In this document: piece by piece, positions 50,064 through 60,461 of the stretch
Layout of the letters: each line of letters opens with the position of its first letter
How positions within the stretch are numbered: position 1 is the first letter of the stretch
Assembly (NCBI GenBank): GCA_039194325.1
Contig: JBCCWC010000005.1
Location: 32,001-96,000, forward strand
Direction: 5' to 3'
Source of the DNA: Myxococcota bacterium
GTDB taxonomy: Bacteria > Myxococcota_A > Polyangia > Nannocystales > Nannocystaceae
Length of the DNA: 64,000 nt
The notes under the pieces: model-generated
The model's database searches: none
Told to the model about the DNA's origin: nothing
What the model saw: only the letters and a program-made list of their open reading frames with translations
Program-made: the position numbers and the translations under genes

Positions 50064-51677
50064 CTAAGGCACGTCGACCAGCACCCCGCGGCTCTCCACC
50101 CCGCTGCGGGCCGCCGCACTTACCGCCCAGGTGCCGCTGGATAGCTCGAAGGTATCGGTGCCCACAGGCACGATGTCCACCAGCTCGAAGCCCGAGCCGG
50201 CGTCCTCGTACACGACCCACGCTCGCAGCGGGGTCTCGTCTTGGGCGCTGAGCGTGACGCTGGCGCCGTCTTGCTCCACCCAGGGCGGGGCGATCGACTC
50301 GCCGATCTTCGCGGCCAGCGGGGGCGTGAGCACTGGCCCGTCGTAGAAGTTGTCGACGATGGCGGTACCCACCCCGTAGGCGTCGCTGACCAAGGGCCCG
50401 ATGTGGAAGTAGATGTTGCCCATCGAGCCCAAGTCGCGATAGGTCCGCGATAGCTCCACCTGGGTGAGGATCTCGTCCACCGACCACGCCGCGCTGGAAC
50501 CTATCTGCGAGAGGTAGTTGCCGGTGAAGATGTAGCGACCCTCGGAGGTCATGCTCGACCACCACTCCAGCAGGGGCTCATAAGCCTGCTGGGTCTGGGT
50601 GGTCGGCCAGTACAGCTGCGGCGCGAGATAGTCGACCCAGCCCTCGTCCATCCACCGCAGGGGATCGGCGAAGATCTCCGCATACTGGTCAAGGCCTACG
50701 ATCCCTGGCGGCATGCCGGGGCGATAGATCCCAAAGGGAGAGATCCCAAAGCGCACGTGATCGCGGGTGCCTACGATCGACTCGTAGAGCACCTCGACCA
50801 GCGAGTCGACGTTCTCCCGCCGCCAGTCGTCCAGCGCGAGCATCCCGCCTCCGTTCATGTAGGCCTGGTAGGTCGAGTTGTCCGGGAAGGGGCTGCCGTT
50901 GGGGTAGGGATAGAAGTAGTCGTCGAAGTGGATCCCATCGACGTCGTAACGGTCGACCACGTCGAGGATCACGTCGATCGTACGATCCTGTACCGGCTCG
51001 GCCCCGGGATCCATCCACAGGAAGTTGCCGTACTCGTACGCATACTCGGGCTCGACCAGCGCGATGTGACCCGGGGCCAGGCTGGACGCCAGGCTCGCCT
51101 TGGCCCGGTAGGGGTTGAGCCAGGCGTGGACCTCGATCCCCAGGGGGTGGGCTTGGTCGATGAGATACTGCAGCGGGTCGAACCCGGGGTCCTCACCCTG
51201 CGAGCCCATCAAGTAACGGCTCCACGGCTCGAGCATAGACGCGTAGAAGGCATCAGACTCGGGGCGGATCTGAAAGACGACGGCGTTGAGGTTGTGAAAC
51301 ACCAACACGTCGAGCAGGTCGTCGAGCTCCTGCTGCTGCGCCTTTGCCGACAAGCCCGGCGTGCTCGGGTAGTTGATGTTGCTGACCGTGGCCACCCACG
51401 CGCCCCGAAACTCGCGCTCGTGCGCCACGTTGACCAGCGGCTGCTCGGGGAGCTGGTCGGTGTCGCCCGAGGAGCCGCTGCCATCGGGCGGCGGGCCGCT
51501 CGGATCCCCCCCGGTCGGGTCGGACGACCCGTCACTGCCGGGCATCGGCCCGGCGTCGCTGCCGTTACTCTCGGTCGGACCGTCCCACGGCTCGGCTGTG
51601 CCGTCCTCTGTGCAGCCACCGATCAACATCGCGCCCAACAGGCACGACGAGCTCCACTGTCGTGTTTGTCTCCGCAT
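50064..51677 (-). CDS. Lipoprotein glycoside hydrolase-like 10 (YddW/DigH family)
   Basis: LIGGC lipobox; EFRGAWVATV, HAWLNPYR, DGIHFDDYFYPY, FGISPFGI, DYLAPQLYW. Confidence 0.92.
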   Translation of the reverse strand: MRRQTRQWSSSCLLGAMLIGGCTEDGTAEPWDGPTESNGSDAGPMPGSDGSSDPTGGDPSGPPPDGSGSSGDTDQLPEQPLVNVAHEREFRGAWVATVSNINYPSTPGLSAKAQQQELDDLLDVLVFHNLNAVVFQIRPESDAFYASMLEPWSRYLMGSQGEDPGFDPLQYLIDQAHPLGIEVHAWLNPYRAKASLASSLAPGHIALVEPEYAYEYGNFLWMDPGAEPVQDRTIDVILDVVDRYDVDGIHFDDYFYPYPNGSPFPDNSTYQAYMNGGGMLALDDWRRENVDSLVEVLYESIVGTRDHVRFGISPFGIYRPGMPPGIVGLDQYAEIFADPLRWMDEGWVDYLAPQLYWPTTQTQQAYEPLLEWWSSMTSEGRYIFTGNYLSQIGSSAAWSVDEILTQVELSRTYRDLGSMGNIYFHIGPLVSDAYGVGTAIVDNFYDGPVLTPPLAAKIGESIAPPWVEQDGASVTLSAQDETPLRAWVVYEDAGSGFELVDIVPVGTDTFELSSGTWAVSAAARSGVESRGVLVDVP

Positions 51678-51820
51678 CCCACCGCGGAGTATAAAGCCAT
51701 ACATCCAGCTCTGCGCGTTCGACGGGTGTGAGCCGGCGAGAGGCGAAAAGGGCGCGTTCAACGAAAGGGCGGGAGCCTTGGTCGCCGAATGGCATTGGGT
51801 GGCGCGGAAACGAGGTGGGC

Positions 51821-52477
51821 ATGCGAGTCGGCCGGGCGCTGTCTATCCTGCCGATGGTGTCCATGAGGCCGTTTGGGTGGAGCCGGCGCCGGCTGGTGAT
51901 CGGGCTGTTGTGCCTGGCGGCATGTGGCCAGATCGAGTCCGAGGAGGCCGCCGAGGTCGCCGATGCCACCCGGCGGACGGTCTCGCGGGGGGTCGACCAG
52001 GCCCAGCGAGCCATGGACCGCGTCGACATGGACAAGGTGCGTCGGGCGTGGAACGCCGCGGTCGACGCTTTTCGAGAGGCCGGGTCTTCCGCGCCGGCCG
52101 AGCCCGAGGTCGATCCGCTGGCCGGGGTGGCCGAGGCGATTGTCTGCGATGCGCCTGGTGAACACTGCACCGTGACCGCGCAGTTCGTGGCCCGGGCGCG
52201 GCAGCATCCGAGGCGCCTGGCCCGTCAGGTGCGGGTGAGCCCGATCAAGGACCGCGGCCAAGCCTCGGGGATCCGCCTCGACGCGATCGATCCGGGCAGT
52301 GTCACCGAGCGACTCGGGCTTCGCAGCGGCGACGTGGTCACCCACGTCAACCGGATCCCGCTGGGCTCGGTGCAGGATGCGATGAAGCTCTACCTCCAGG
52401 TACGCGCCGCTCGTCGCTTCGTGGTGGACTACCAGCGCGGCGGGCAACAGCGGGTGCTGGTGGTCGAGGTGGTGTAG
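51821..52477 (+). CDS. Lipoprotein with GspC-like C-terminal PDZ domain
   Basis: CLAAC lipobox; GIRL..I.PGS...LGLRSGDVV..VN. Confidence 0.75.
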   Translation: MRVGRALSILPMVSMRPFGWSRRRLVIGLLCLAACGQIESEEAAEVADATRRTVSRGVDQAQRAMDRVDMDKVRRAWNAAVDAFREAGSSAPAEPEVDPLAGVAEAIVCDAPGEHCTVTAQFVARARQHPRRLARQVRVSPIKDRGQASGIRLDAIDPGSVTERLGLRSGDVVTHVNRIPLGSVQDAMKLYLQVRAARRFVVDYQRGGQQRVLVVEVV

Positions 52478-52493
52478 CTCGGCTGGTCGTTGG

Positions 52494-54179
52494 TCACGGC
52501 CGCTCGCAGTATCCGCTGACTTCGCTGCACGCATAGCCCAGATCGCCGAGCAGGTCGTCTTGGCAATCTTCCGCCTCTGCACATGGGCTCTGGCAGGTGC
52601 CGACGATGCAGGCCCAGCCATCAAGCGGCGGGCACAGCAGAGTCTCTTCGTCATCGACGACGAGGGTCACGCATGCCGGGGCGCAATCGGCATCGGCCTC
52701 GCACTCGCGGCACGACTCGGGGAGGTCTGCGTCATCGCCGGTACGGGGCAGCAGGATGTTGTCGATCTCGTTCGGGGCCATGACTTGCGCCGCCCCGACG
52801 TTGGAGAAGCACACCTCGCCGGCGGCCGAGAGCGCCTCGACCTCCATGAAGTATCCGCCCCAGGTCAGCGTCTGGGTGAAGACCTGACTGCGGCAGGGGA
52901 TGATCGTTGGGCCCTCCAGCACTGTACCGTCGTCGATCTGGATGGGGGTCGTGACTGGCTCCATGCGGCTGTCGAACAAGGTTACCCGTAGATCGGTGAT
53001 CTCAAGCGTGCCGCGATCGTGCTTGCCCACCATCTGCTCGGGGGTCTCGCCGTCGACGGCCAGCGCGCACGAGAAGCGCACATTGCCCTCGCGGCCCAGC
53101 TCGCCGACGAAACCGGTATTGAAGATGATAGGTCCCACCACCGGCTCGAGGAAGGTCTCGGGCCCGAAGTCGACCGCGGCTTGCACGAAGTTGTTGCCCG
53201 GGGTCAGCTCTTGCTCGAAGGACTGAAGCTGGGTGATCGGCACACCAGCGCCGTTGACCCCGACGACGTGGAATCGCGCCAGGCCTACCGGCAGGGACGT
53301 CGCAAAACGATAGGGGGACTCGAGCTGGCACGTATCGTCGAAGATGAGGATGTCTGTATCCGACAGCTCTTCGAGTTGTTCGTTATCGGTCCACTCGTCG
53401 CGGTCGAACCACACCTGGATCCGGCTGAAGCCCGGAATGTTCGGACACTCGATGTTGGGGTTTTGGGCCAGCAGGGACACCTCGAGCTGAAGGTCGGTCA
53501 CCCCCACCGGGAGCCCCTCGGTGCCGTCCGCGAGCGCGAACACGCACGAGGGGTCGCCATCGTCGACCCGCCCGTCGCGGTCGTTGTCGATCCCGTCCTC
53601 GCACTCGAGAGGCGGGTCGAGGGTGAAGACCAGCGGCTCACTGGCTGTCTCCCCCTCAGGAGCGCTCGCGGCAGCGCCTTGTTCTTCGCTGCACCCGCCG
53701 CCTACACTCAGCCGCAGGCAGTCGCAGACCCGCTCGCCCGGACGGCACTCGGGCGGCTCGCTGTCGCCGGGATCGCCGGGGGAGCAGCCCGGGTGCTCGA
53801 CCGGTTCGTCGTCGAACACGGCCGGCTCCGGGTCGTCCCACGGGGTCAAGGAGCGATCGATGCCCCGTAGCTCGATCGCGTAGCACCCACGGGGCAGCGC
53901 CCAGCCGGCCACTCGACCGTCGTCCCCCTCGAGGCCCTCGGGGAAGCAGGGATAGATCCGCTCGTTGACGAGCCCGATGGGCTCGCCACTGTCGTCGAGC
54001 TCATTGGGGCCGTTCAAAGCCCGGGCCCGCACCTGGAGCACCCCGGACTCGGAGCAGGCGGCCACGCTCGCTCCCGGCCGGCCTTCGATCGTCCAGCGCA
54101 GCTCGAAGCTGGGAGTCTCGGCACAGGCGGTCAGTCCGCCGAGGGTCAGGAGCGCTGCGATATGGCTACGCGTGGGCAT
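52494..54179 (-). CDS. Cys-rich lipoprotein
   Basis: LTAC lipobox; CEDGIDNDRDGRVDDGDPSC Ca-binding-like motif. Confidence 0.78.
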   Translation of the reverse strand: MPTRSHIAALLTLGGLTACAETPSFELRWTIEGRPGASVAACSESGVLQVRARALNGPNELDDSGEPIGLVNERIYPCFPEGLEGDDGRVAGWALPRGCYAIELRGIDRSLTPWDDPEPAVFDDEPVEHPGCSPGDPGDSEPPECRPGERVCDCLRLSVGGGCSEEQGAAASAPEGETASEPLVFTLDPPLECEDGIDNDRDGRVDDGDPSCVFALADGTEGLPVGVTDLQLEVSLLAQNPNIECPNIPGFSRIQVWFDRDEWTDNEQLEELSDTDILIFDDTCQLESPYRFATSLPVGLARFHVVGVNGAGVPITQLQSFEQELTPGNNFVQAAVDFGPETFLEPVVGPIIFNTGFVGELGREGNVRFSCALAVDGETPEQMVGKHDRGTLEITDLRVTLFDSRMEPVTTPIQIDDGTVLEGPTIIPCRSQVFTQTLTWGGYFMEVEALSAAGEVCFSNVGAAQVMAPNEIDNILLPRTGDDADLPESCRECEADADCAPACVTLVVDDEETLLCPPLDGWACIVGTCQSPCAEAEDCQDDLLGDLGYACSEVSGYCERP

Positions 54180-54201
54180 CAAAGAGCGCCAATTGCGAGT
54201 T

Positions 54202-55056
54202 CTAGCCGCCGCAGAGCAGGTTGGCAAGGTCGATGACACTGCTCGCACCTTCGCGATCCCGTAGGTTCACCGACTGGGTGCCACAGCTGGCCCCATCGAC
54301 CACGATCTCCAGCCGATAGTCCCCGCGGTCGAGGCCTTCAAAGACGTGGGTCCCGCTCAGCTCGGGCGAGCACGCGGTGGCCTCGCCGCCCACCGTCAAG
54401 CCGCGGTCGCTGGACAGGGAGCGACGATAGAGCAGCAGGCTTTGCTCTGCGTTGGGGGTGTAGTCGGCCAGGTCGTTCTCGGGGGTGGCATAGTAGAGGG
54501 CCAAGGTCATCGACTCGCAGGCGTCGGCCCCACGCAGCTCGACGTTCCAGTCGACCGGGGCTCGTGAGAGCTCCCAGGTGGCGACGGTGATGATCCGCTC
54601 CTCCACCGTGACGTCGCGGGTCTCTACTTGCTCGCTCACGATCGCATTTTGGGCATCGTCGACCGCGTGCATGGTGACCGTGTACGGGCCCGGGTCGAGC
54701 GGGATGAAGGCGTTGGAGGCCTCGGTCTGCAGGGCGTTCGCCGTCTGGTAGCCCTCGAGGCAATCGAAGCGGAAGATCCCGCGGCGTCGAGGGCTGTCTT
54801 GATCTTCGACCTCGACCGCGATCTGCTCGGTGAGCGCTCCGGCACACGATCGCACCATGACGCTATTGTCCTCGTCGGCCTCGCCATCAGCCGGATCGTC
54901 GCTCTCCCCCTCGGACTGGTCGTGCTCGACGAAGCGCCACGACAGCTCCATGCCCGTGGGATCGCTGGTCGGGTAGACACAACCAGCGAGCGTCAGGCCG
55001 AGCACCGCGAGAAGGACCGAGGGCCTCGCGGCGACGACGGGGCAAGGTTCAGGCAC
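54202..55056 (-). CDS. Lipoprotein, hypothetical
   Basis: LTLAGC lipobox; ELSWRF motif; start overlaps the upstream stop codon. Confidence 0.72.
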   Translation of the reverse strand: MPEPCPVVAARPSVLLAVLGLTLAGCVYPTSDPTGMELSWRFVEHDQSEGESDDPADGEADEDNSVMVRSCAGALTEQIAVEVEDQDSPRRRGIFRFDCLEGYQTANALQTEASNAFIPLDPGPYTVTMHAVDDAQNAIVSEQVETRDVTVEERIITVATWELSRAPVDWNVELRGADACESMTLALYYATPENDLADYTPNAEQSLLLYRRSLSSDRGLTVGGEATACSPELSGTHVFEGLDRGDYRLEIVVDGASCGTQSVNLRDREGASSVIDLANLLCGG

Positions 55057-55612
55057 AGTCGCACTCCTCCAGGTCGAGGCGCTCGCCACCGTTGCGGTCG
55101 ACGTCGACCGCGATCTGGTAGACCTGCAGATCGATGACGCGCCCCGCTTCGACCACGCGCTCGCGGGCCGAGGGCACGGCGAGGCAGGTGGGCGCCGCAT
55201 CACGGCACTGCGTGCCCGTGGAGGGAATGCCGATCACGGCCCGTAGCTCGAAGCGATAGGGAGCGTCGGCGTCGGAGGCCGGCACCTCGGGTTCGTTGCC
55301 GCGGGCCGAGTTGCATGCAAAGAGGCGGGGCGGGAGTACCTGGCATTCCTCGGCGTCGCAGCCCGCTTCGCAGGCCGGGTCGCAGATCTGCAGCTCGACC
55401 CGCAGGTCGTAGGAGACGGCCTGCTCGCCCACCTCCCCGGGCAGCGCACACGAATCGCGCTCGTCGTCGACCGAGAACACACCACCTGGATAGATCGGAT
55501 CACCGTCGCGATCGACGAAGACCCAGGCAAGCTCGACCGAGCCCGTGGCGTCGCCGCAGGCGCCGAGCAGCGCGGTGGCGACGAGCAGCGCCTGCGAGGC
55601 CCGGGAGCGCAT
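55049..55612 (-). CDS. Lipoprotein, hypothetical
   Basis: LLGAC lipobox; ELAWVF motif. Confidence 0.72.
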   Translation of the reverse strand: MRSRASQALLVATALLGACGDATGSVELAWVFVDRDGDPIYPGGVFSVDDERDSCALPGEVGEQAVSYDLRVELQICDPACEAGCDAEECQVLPPRLFACNSARGNEPEVPASDADAPYRFELRAVIGIPSTGTQCRDAAPTCLAVPSARERVVEAGRVIDLQVYQIAVDVDRNGGERLDLEECDCA

Positions 55613-55716
55613 CGGCCCCAGCCTAGCAGGCGTGAGCATGCGCGGAGATTGCGCAATCGTGCTCCCGCAGGAGTTCGCCGCTATCGTCGAGCGACAGAAA
55701 AGACGCTGTATCGCAC

Positions 55717-57111
55717 TCAACCCACCGGCGGGGGCGGGGGCGGGGGCGCGTCGTGACAGACGCCGATCTCGAGGATGATGTACAGCAAGATCAGCTCCTG
55801 CGGCGTGAGCCCGGCGTGCTCGAATTCGGCGGTGTGATAGGTGCTGAACATCATGCGCCCACATCCGTACTCGGCGCTGATCGTCATGGGTCGCAGCTTG
55901 TTGCCGGGGTTGCAGGACAGGCAGGGGCCCTCGACCCACGCGTGGTGACCCACGTCCACCTGCTCGCCCTCGTCGTTGACCGCCATCACCGGGGGGATCG
56001 AGTCGATCCCCGACCAATTGTCGATGAGGTCTACGGTGGGTAGCGACAGCAGGTTGGGTTGACCGCCCCCGATGTCCTTGAGCGGGGCAGGCAGCGCCTC
56101 GAGCCACGCCAGCAGACCCTGGTCGAGCACGAAGGCGGTGGTGTCGTAGGCGGGGATCAGGTCGGGGTCGAAGCCTTGCCCGTACAAGGTCTGGTAGTTG
56201 GGGAAGACGTCGTACAGGTACTCGTTGGCCCAGTCGGTCACGTACCACTTGCCACCCTCGGCGACCCACTGACGAATATTCTCGATCCGCTGGGGGTTGA
56301 GCGCGCCCATACCATCCTGGGCCATGCAGGGCACGAAGATGATGTGGTACTGCCGCATCGCGTCGAGATCATCGAGCAGCGCGCCACCGTCGAGCTCGGA
56401 GATTAGGTCGAAGTTCTGAGTGCCGTCGACCAGGCCGCCATTGCCGGTGACCTCGCCCATGCCGATCTTGGCCAGGATGTCGAAGATGCTGTCGGTGCCG
56501 GTCTCGACCACCGCGATGCGGGGGATCCACAGACCGGCGGCCGGATTCCACTCTCCGGGAAGGTTGCTCGACGCAGCAGGCACCACGCTGTCGCCCTCGG
56601 CCACGTCGATGTCGGCCACGTGCAAGAACTGCCCCTTTTGCACCACCAACTTCTGGCCCGCCCCGGCCAAAGCGGGCAGCTCGAAGGTCCCGTCGGGGTT
56701 GGTGAGCACGAAGTGTTCGTTGCACGCCACCTGCACGCACTCGGCACAGTAGACGCCGTCGGGCACGGGCTCGGCGTCGCCGTCGGTCACGTAGACCAGC
56801 GCCCCGCTGATCGGGATCTCCAGGTTGGGCGCATAGACGGTCCCGGTGAGAGTGGCGTTGGTCGGCATCGGGTCGCAGTTCTCGCCGCCCTCGTCGCCGG
56901 CCTGGCCGGTCGCCGCTCCCACGTCGAGCAGGGGGCCCGTAGTGTCGCCGCCAGGCTCCGCGGTGCTGGTCGAGCCGCCGAGGGGGGGCAAGCCCCCACC
57001 GGTGGGGTTGCTGGACTCCCGGTCGCCCGAGCCCCCGCACGCTCCGCCGAGCACCAGGCCCAGCACCGACGCGATGAACCCAAGCCCTTTGCCATGTCGC
57101 ATGTTCATCAT
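55717..57111 (-). CDS. Lipoprotein with carboxypeptidase-regulatory-like beta-sandwich and alpha/beta domain
   Basis: LGGAC lipobox; LTGTVYAPN..PISGALVY, GRMMFSTYHT, LTPQELILLY. Confidence 0.8.
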   Translation of the reverse strand: MMNMRHGKGLGFIASVLGLVLGGACGGSGDRESSNPTGGGLPPLGGSTSTAEPGGDTTGPLLDVGAATGQAGDEGGENCDPMPTNATLTGTVYAPNLEIPISGALVYVTDGDAEPVPDGVYCAECVQVACNEHFVLTNPDGTFELPALAGAGQKLVVQKGQFLHVADIDVAEGDSVVPAASSNLPGEWNPAAGLWIPRIAVVETGTDSIFDILAKIGMGEVTGNGGLVDGTQNFDLISELDGGALLDDLDAMRQYHIIFVPCMAQDGMGALNPQRIENIRQWVAEGGKWYVTDWANEYLYDVFPNYQTLYGQGFDPDLIPAYDTTAFVLDQGLLAWLEALPAPLKDIGGGQPNLLSLPTVDLIDNWSGIDSIPPVMAVNDEGEQVDVGHHAWVEGPCLSCNPGNKLRPMTISAEYGCGRMMFSTYHTAEFEHAGLTPQELILLYIILEIGVCHDAPPPPPPPVG

Positions 57112-57331
57112 GGATCTGCCCTCCAGTCGCACCTCGTCGTGCAGCCTCGCACCCCCAGGTTAACGCAAGTCGTGGCGTCTTTGCGTGTGAGGTCACCCGT
57201 TGAGCACGGGGTTGGTTCATCGATAGGTGTGCGTCGGATCCGCTTGCTGGATCACGATTGTTTCTTCTCGATCCGGATCGAACGTGTGAATCCAGCCAAA
57301 CGCCCGACGCAGATGACGCTAGAGTAGTCAG

Positions 57332-60300
57332 ATGGGGGCCGAAGGGGCGGAGCGGGGATCGCTCTGGTCGTCGCGGGATGTCGCGGCGACTCGCGAGCTC
57401 GCCTCCAGTCCGACCCGGCCCGAGCTCGGCCTACCGGACCGACCCGATATAGACGACGCATGCGATGCCGTCGACCCGGTCGACCCGGTCGTTCTGGCGG
57501 ATGATCGCTACGAGATCCTCGCGTTGCTGGGCGAAGGTGGCATGGGCGAGGTCTACCGTGCTCGTGACCGCAAGCTGGGGCGAGAGGTCGCGCTCAAGCG
57601 GCTCAAACCCTCGGTGCTCGACCAGCGCGCGCGAGCTCGGCTGTCCCGTGAGGCACAGGCTCTGGCCCAGCTGTCTCACCCCAACGTGGTCGAGGTCTAT
57701 GGGCTCGAGACGGCGGGGGATTTCGTGCTGGTGATGGAGCTGGTGGAGGGATCCACGCTCTCGGGTTGGATGGCCCAAGGACCTCACCCGTGGCCCGAGG
57801 CGCTCGCCGTGCTGTTGCCTGCGGGGCGAGGGCTCGCGGCGGCGCACCAGGCTGGCCTGGTGCATCGTGACTTCAAGCCGGCCAACGTGATGCGGAGCGC
57901 CGAGGCCGATACCGACGGTGGTCGTGTGCGCGTGATGGATTTCGGGCTGGCTCGGCCGCCGGGCGCGTCGCTCGAGGAGGAGCGCTCCGAGCCGTCCGAG
58001 GCGGCCGTGGCGGCGCAGCCATCCTCGGGCGCGTGGGACGAGGCGCTCACCGCGACCGGGATCGTGGTGGGCACGCCGGCCTATATGGCACCCGAGCAGT
58101 TCTTGGATGAGCGAGCCGATGGTCGCGCCGATCAGTACGCCTTTTGCGTGACGCTATGGCAGGCGCTATGCGGGGCGAGGCCCTTCCAGGGCAGCTACAC
58201 CGAGCTGGGCCAGGCCAAGCTCCGCGGGCCTCCGCCATGGCCGCCCCACGTAGACGCTCCGCGGCCCTTGGTGGAGGCGCTTCGCCGGGGCCTGGCCGCC
58301 GATCCGCGGGACCGATGGCCTTCGATGGAGGCGCTGCTCGACCGGTTGGATGCGGTGGCCGCTCCGCGCTCGCGCCTTGCTTGGGGCGGGGCTTGGGGCG
58401 GGGCCGTGGCTGTCGCCGCGCTGGGTACCGTGCTCCTGGGCGTGTGGGGGCAGGGACGCTCGCCGGCGTCCTCGCCCGAGTGCGAGGAGCCGGTGGCCGT
58501 GCGCGATCACCTGTGGAGCGATGAGCATCGCCACGCCATTGCGACGGCGTTGCAGGAGACCGAGGCGCCTCAGTCCGCTGAGATCTGGTCGCGCATGCGT
58601 CCGGCGCTGGACGACTATGCGGAGCGCTGGGCGGAGCGCTGGGGCCGAGCTCGTCACGAAGCCTGTGAGCGCCAGGGGGCGGGGCCGCAAGGCGAGGCCG
58701 CCAACGCCCGCGTGCGCTGTCTCGAGGACCGACGGCGTCGCTTTGAGGCGCGGATCGAAGCCTTGCGCGGGGTGAGCCGGGAACACATGGCCGAGATCGC
58801 ACGCACGGTGGAATCGCTGCCGTCGCTCCGAGCCTGTGACGATGGCACGTGGCAACGCGCTGGGCTGACGCCGCTCGAAGATCCCGCCCTCGCTCGGCAG
58901 GTCGCCACCTTGCGCTCGCGCCTGGCCCGGGCCGAGGCGCTGCGAGACACCGCCCGGTGCTCCGAGGCCGTTGTCGTGCTCGATGAAGTGAGGCCACAGG
59001 TCGATGCGCTTGGCTATCCCCCGCTGCGGGCCGAGCTGCGCTTGGGCGACGGGTTCGCGGCCGAGTGCGCCGGTGAGTACGCTGCGAGCGAGCAGGCCCT
59101 GCGCGAGGCGTACTTCGTGGCCATCGAGCAGGGCTACGATCGTGTCGCCTTCGAGGCCGCGCTCCAGCTGACTCACGTGGCGGGCGTGGCCATGGAGCAG
59201 CATGATGAGGGCATGCAGTGGGTCGAGCACGCCCGGGCCGTGCTGGCGCGCACCGGTAACGATGCCGACCGAGTGCGGCTCGAGGAACGCTTGGGCAGCC
59301 TCCACCACGCAGCGGGCCGCTACGAGGACGCGGTCGAGGCCTATCGCAAGGGCCTGGCCCGGCTCGATGCTGAGCGCGACGCTGGCGACCCCGACGACGC
59401 TGAGGGGTCATCGCCCGATATGCGACGTGCTGTCTTGCTGGCCAGCACCGCGGCCTCGCTGCGAATGCTCGAACGGTTCGAGGAGGCGCAGGCCAGGCTC
59501 GAGCGGAGCATCGCCTTGGCCCGAGAGGTCGCCGGGGACGACGACCCCTTCGTCATCAAGGCCACGACCAACCTGGCCAACGTGCTCAGCAGTCGCGGCG
59601 AGGTCGCCCAAGCCGAGCGCCTCCAGCGAGAGGTGCTCGTGCGGGCCGAGCGGATCTTCGGGTCCGAGCATCCGCAGACCCTTAAGCTGGTGGGTAACCT
59701 GGGCATGTCCCTATCCTTGTTGGGGCAGCTCGAAGAGGCGATCGCGTTCCACCGTCGCTGTCTGGTCGGGATGGAGCAAGTCTACGGACCCGAGCACCCC
59801 GCGGTGGGGATCGCCCTCAACAATCTGGGGATCGATCAGCTCGTGGTGGGTCGTGTCGAAGAGGCGATCGCCAGTCACCGTCGCGCGCTCGAAATACGCG
59901 AGTCTGTGCTGGGGCCCGAGCACGCATGGACCGCCTCCTCGCTCACCAACCTGGCCGATGCCCTCATGGTCCGGGGCGATCACCAGTCCGCCGCGCCCCA
60001 CTATGCGCGGGCGCAGGCCATCATCGAGAAGGTCCTGGGCCCCGATAGTTTGTTCATGTCGTACGCGGTGCTTGGCCTCGGTCGGGCCCATGTGGCGGCG
60101 GGTCGACTCGAGCAGGCGCTCCCGCTGCTCGAGCGCGCGGTGGTGCTGCGGACCCAAAATCCCACCCCGCCTCCCGAGTTCTTTGAGGCCCACTTCGAGC
60201 TGGCCCGGGTCTTGTGGTCGTTGGATCGCGACCGTGACCGGGCCCTACGGCTGGCCACCGAAGGGCTCGCGGCCGTCGAGGCGCTCGGCGGCGAGGTTCG

Positions 60301-60346
60301 CCAGCGCGACGAGGCTCGCGCGTGGCTCCAGGCCCGCGCCCGGTGA
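57332..60346 (+). CDS. Ser/Thr kinase - TM - TPR-repeat protein
   Basis: GEGGMG, VALK, HRDFKPAN, DFG, GTPAYMAPE; TPR units with GxEHP. Confidence 0.92.
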   Translation: MGAEGAERGSLWSSRDVAATRELASSPTRPELGLPDRPDIDDACDAVDPVDPVVLADDRYEILALLGEGGMGEVYRARDRKLGREVALKRLKPSVLDQRARARLSREAQALAQLSHPNVVEVYGLETAGDFVLVMELVEGSTLSGWMAQGPHPWPEALAVLLPAGRGLAAAHQAGLVHRDFKPANVMRSAEADTDGGRVRVMDFGLARPPGASLEEERSEPSEAAVAAQPSSGAWDEALTATGIVVGTPAYMAPEQFLDERADGRADQYAFCVTLWQALCGARPFQGSYTELGQAKLRGPPPWPPHVDAPRPLVEALRRGLAADPRDRWPSMEALLDRLDAVAAPRSRLAWGGAWGGAVAVAALGTVLLGVWGQGRSPASSPECEEPVAVRDHLWSDEHRHAIATALQETEAPQSAEIWSRMRPALDDYAERWAERWGRARHEACERQGAGPQGEAANARVRCLEDRRRRFEARIEALRGVSREHMAEIARTVESLPSLRACDDGTWQRAGLTPLEDPALARQVATLRSRLARAEALRDTARCSEAVVVLDEVRPQVDALGYPPLRAELRLGDGFAAECAGEYAASEQALREAYFVAIEQGYDRVAFEAALQLTHVAGVAMEQHDEGMQWVEHARAVLARTGNDADRVRLEERLGSLHHAAGRYEDAVEAYRKGLARLDAERDAGDPDDAEGSSPDMRRAVLLASTAASLRMLERFEEAQARLERSIALAREVAGDDDPFVIKATTNLANVLSSRGEVAQAERLQREVLVRAERIFGSEHPQTLKLVGNLGMSLSLLGQLEEAIAFHRRCLVGMEQVYGPEHPAVGIALNNLGIDQLVVGRVEEAIASHRRALEIRESVLGPEHAWTASSLTNLADALMVRGDHQSAAPHYARAQAIIEKVLGPDSLFMSYAVLGLGRAHVAAGRLEQALPLLERAVVLRTQNPTPPPEFFEAHFELARVLWSLDRDRDRALRLATEGLAAVEALGGEVRQRDEARAWLQARAR

Positions 60347-60461
60347 GGCGACGTCGGGTCACAGGAGCATGACCGGCACGGATCGACGGTCCGTCCCTCG
60401 CGGGGCGGAAGGCCTGGCCGCGATTGACGCCCATCACCGCCTGACGTAGCCTGCGCTCGCC

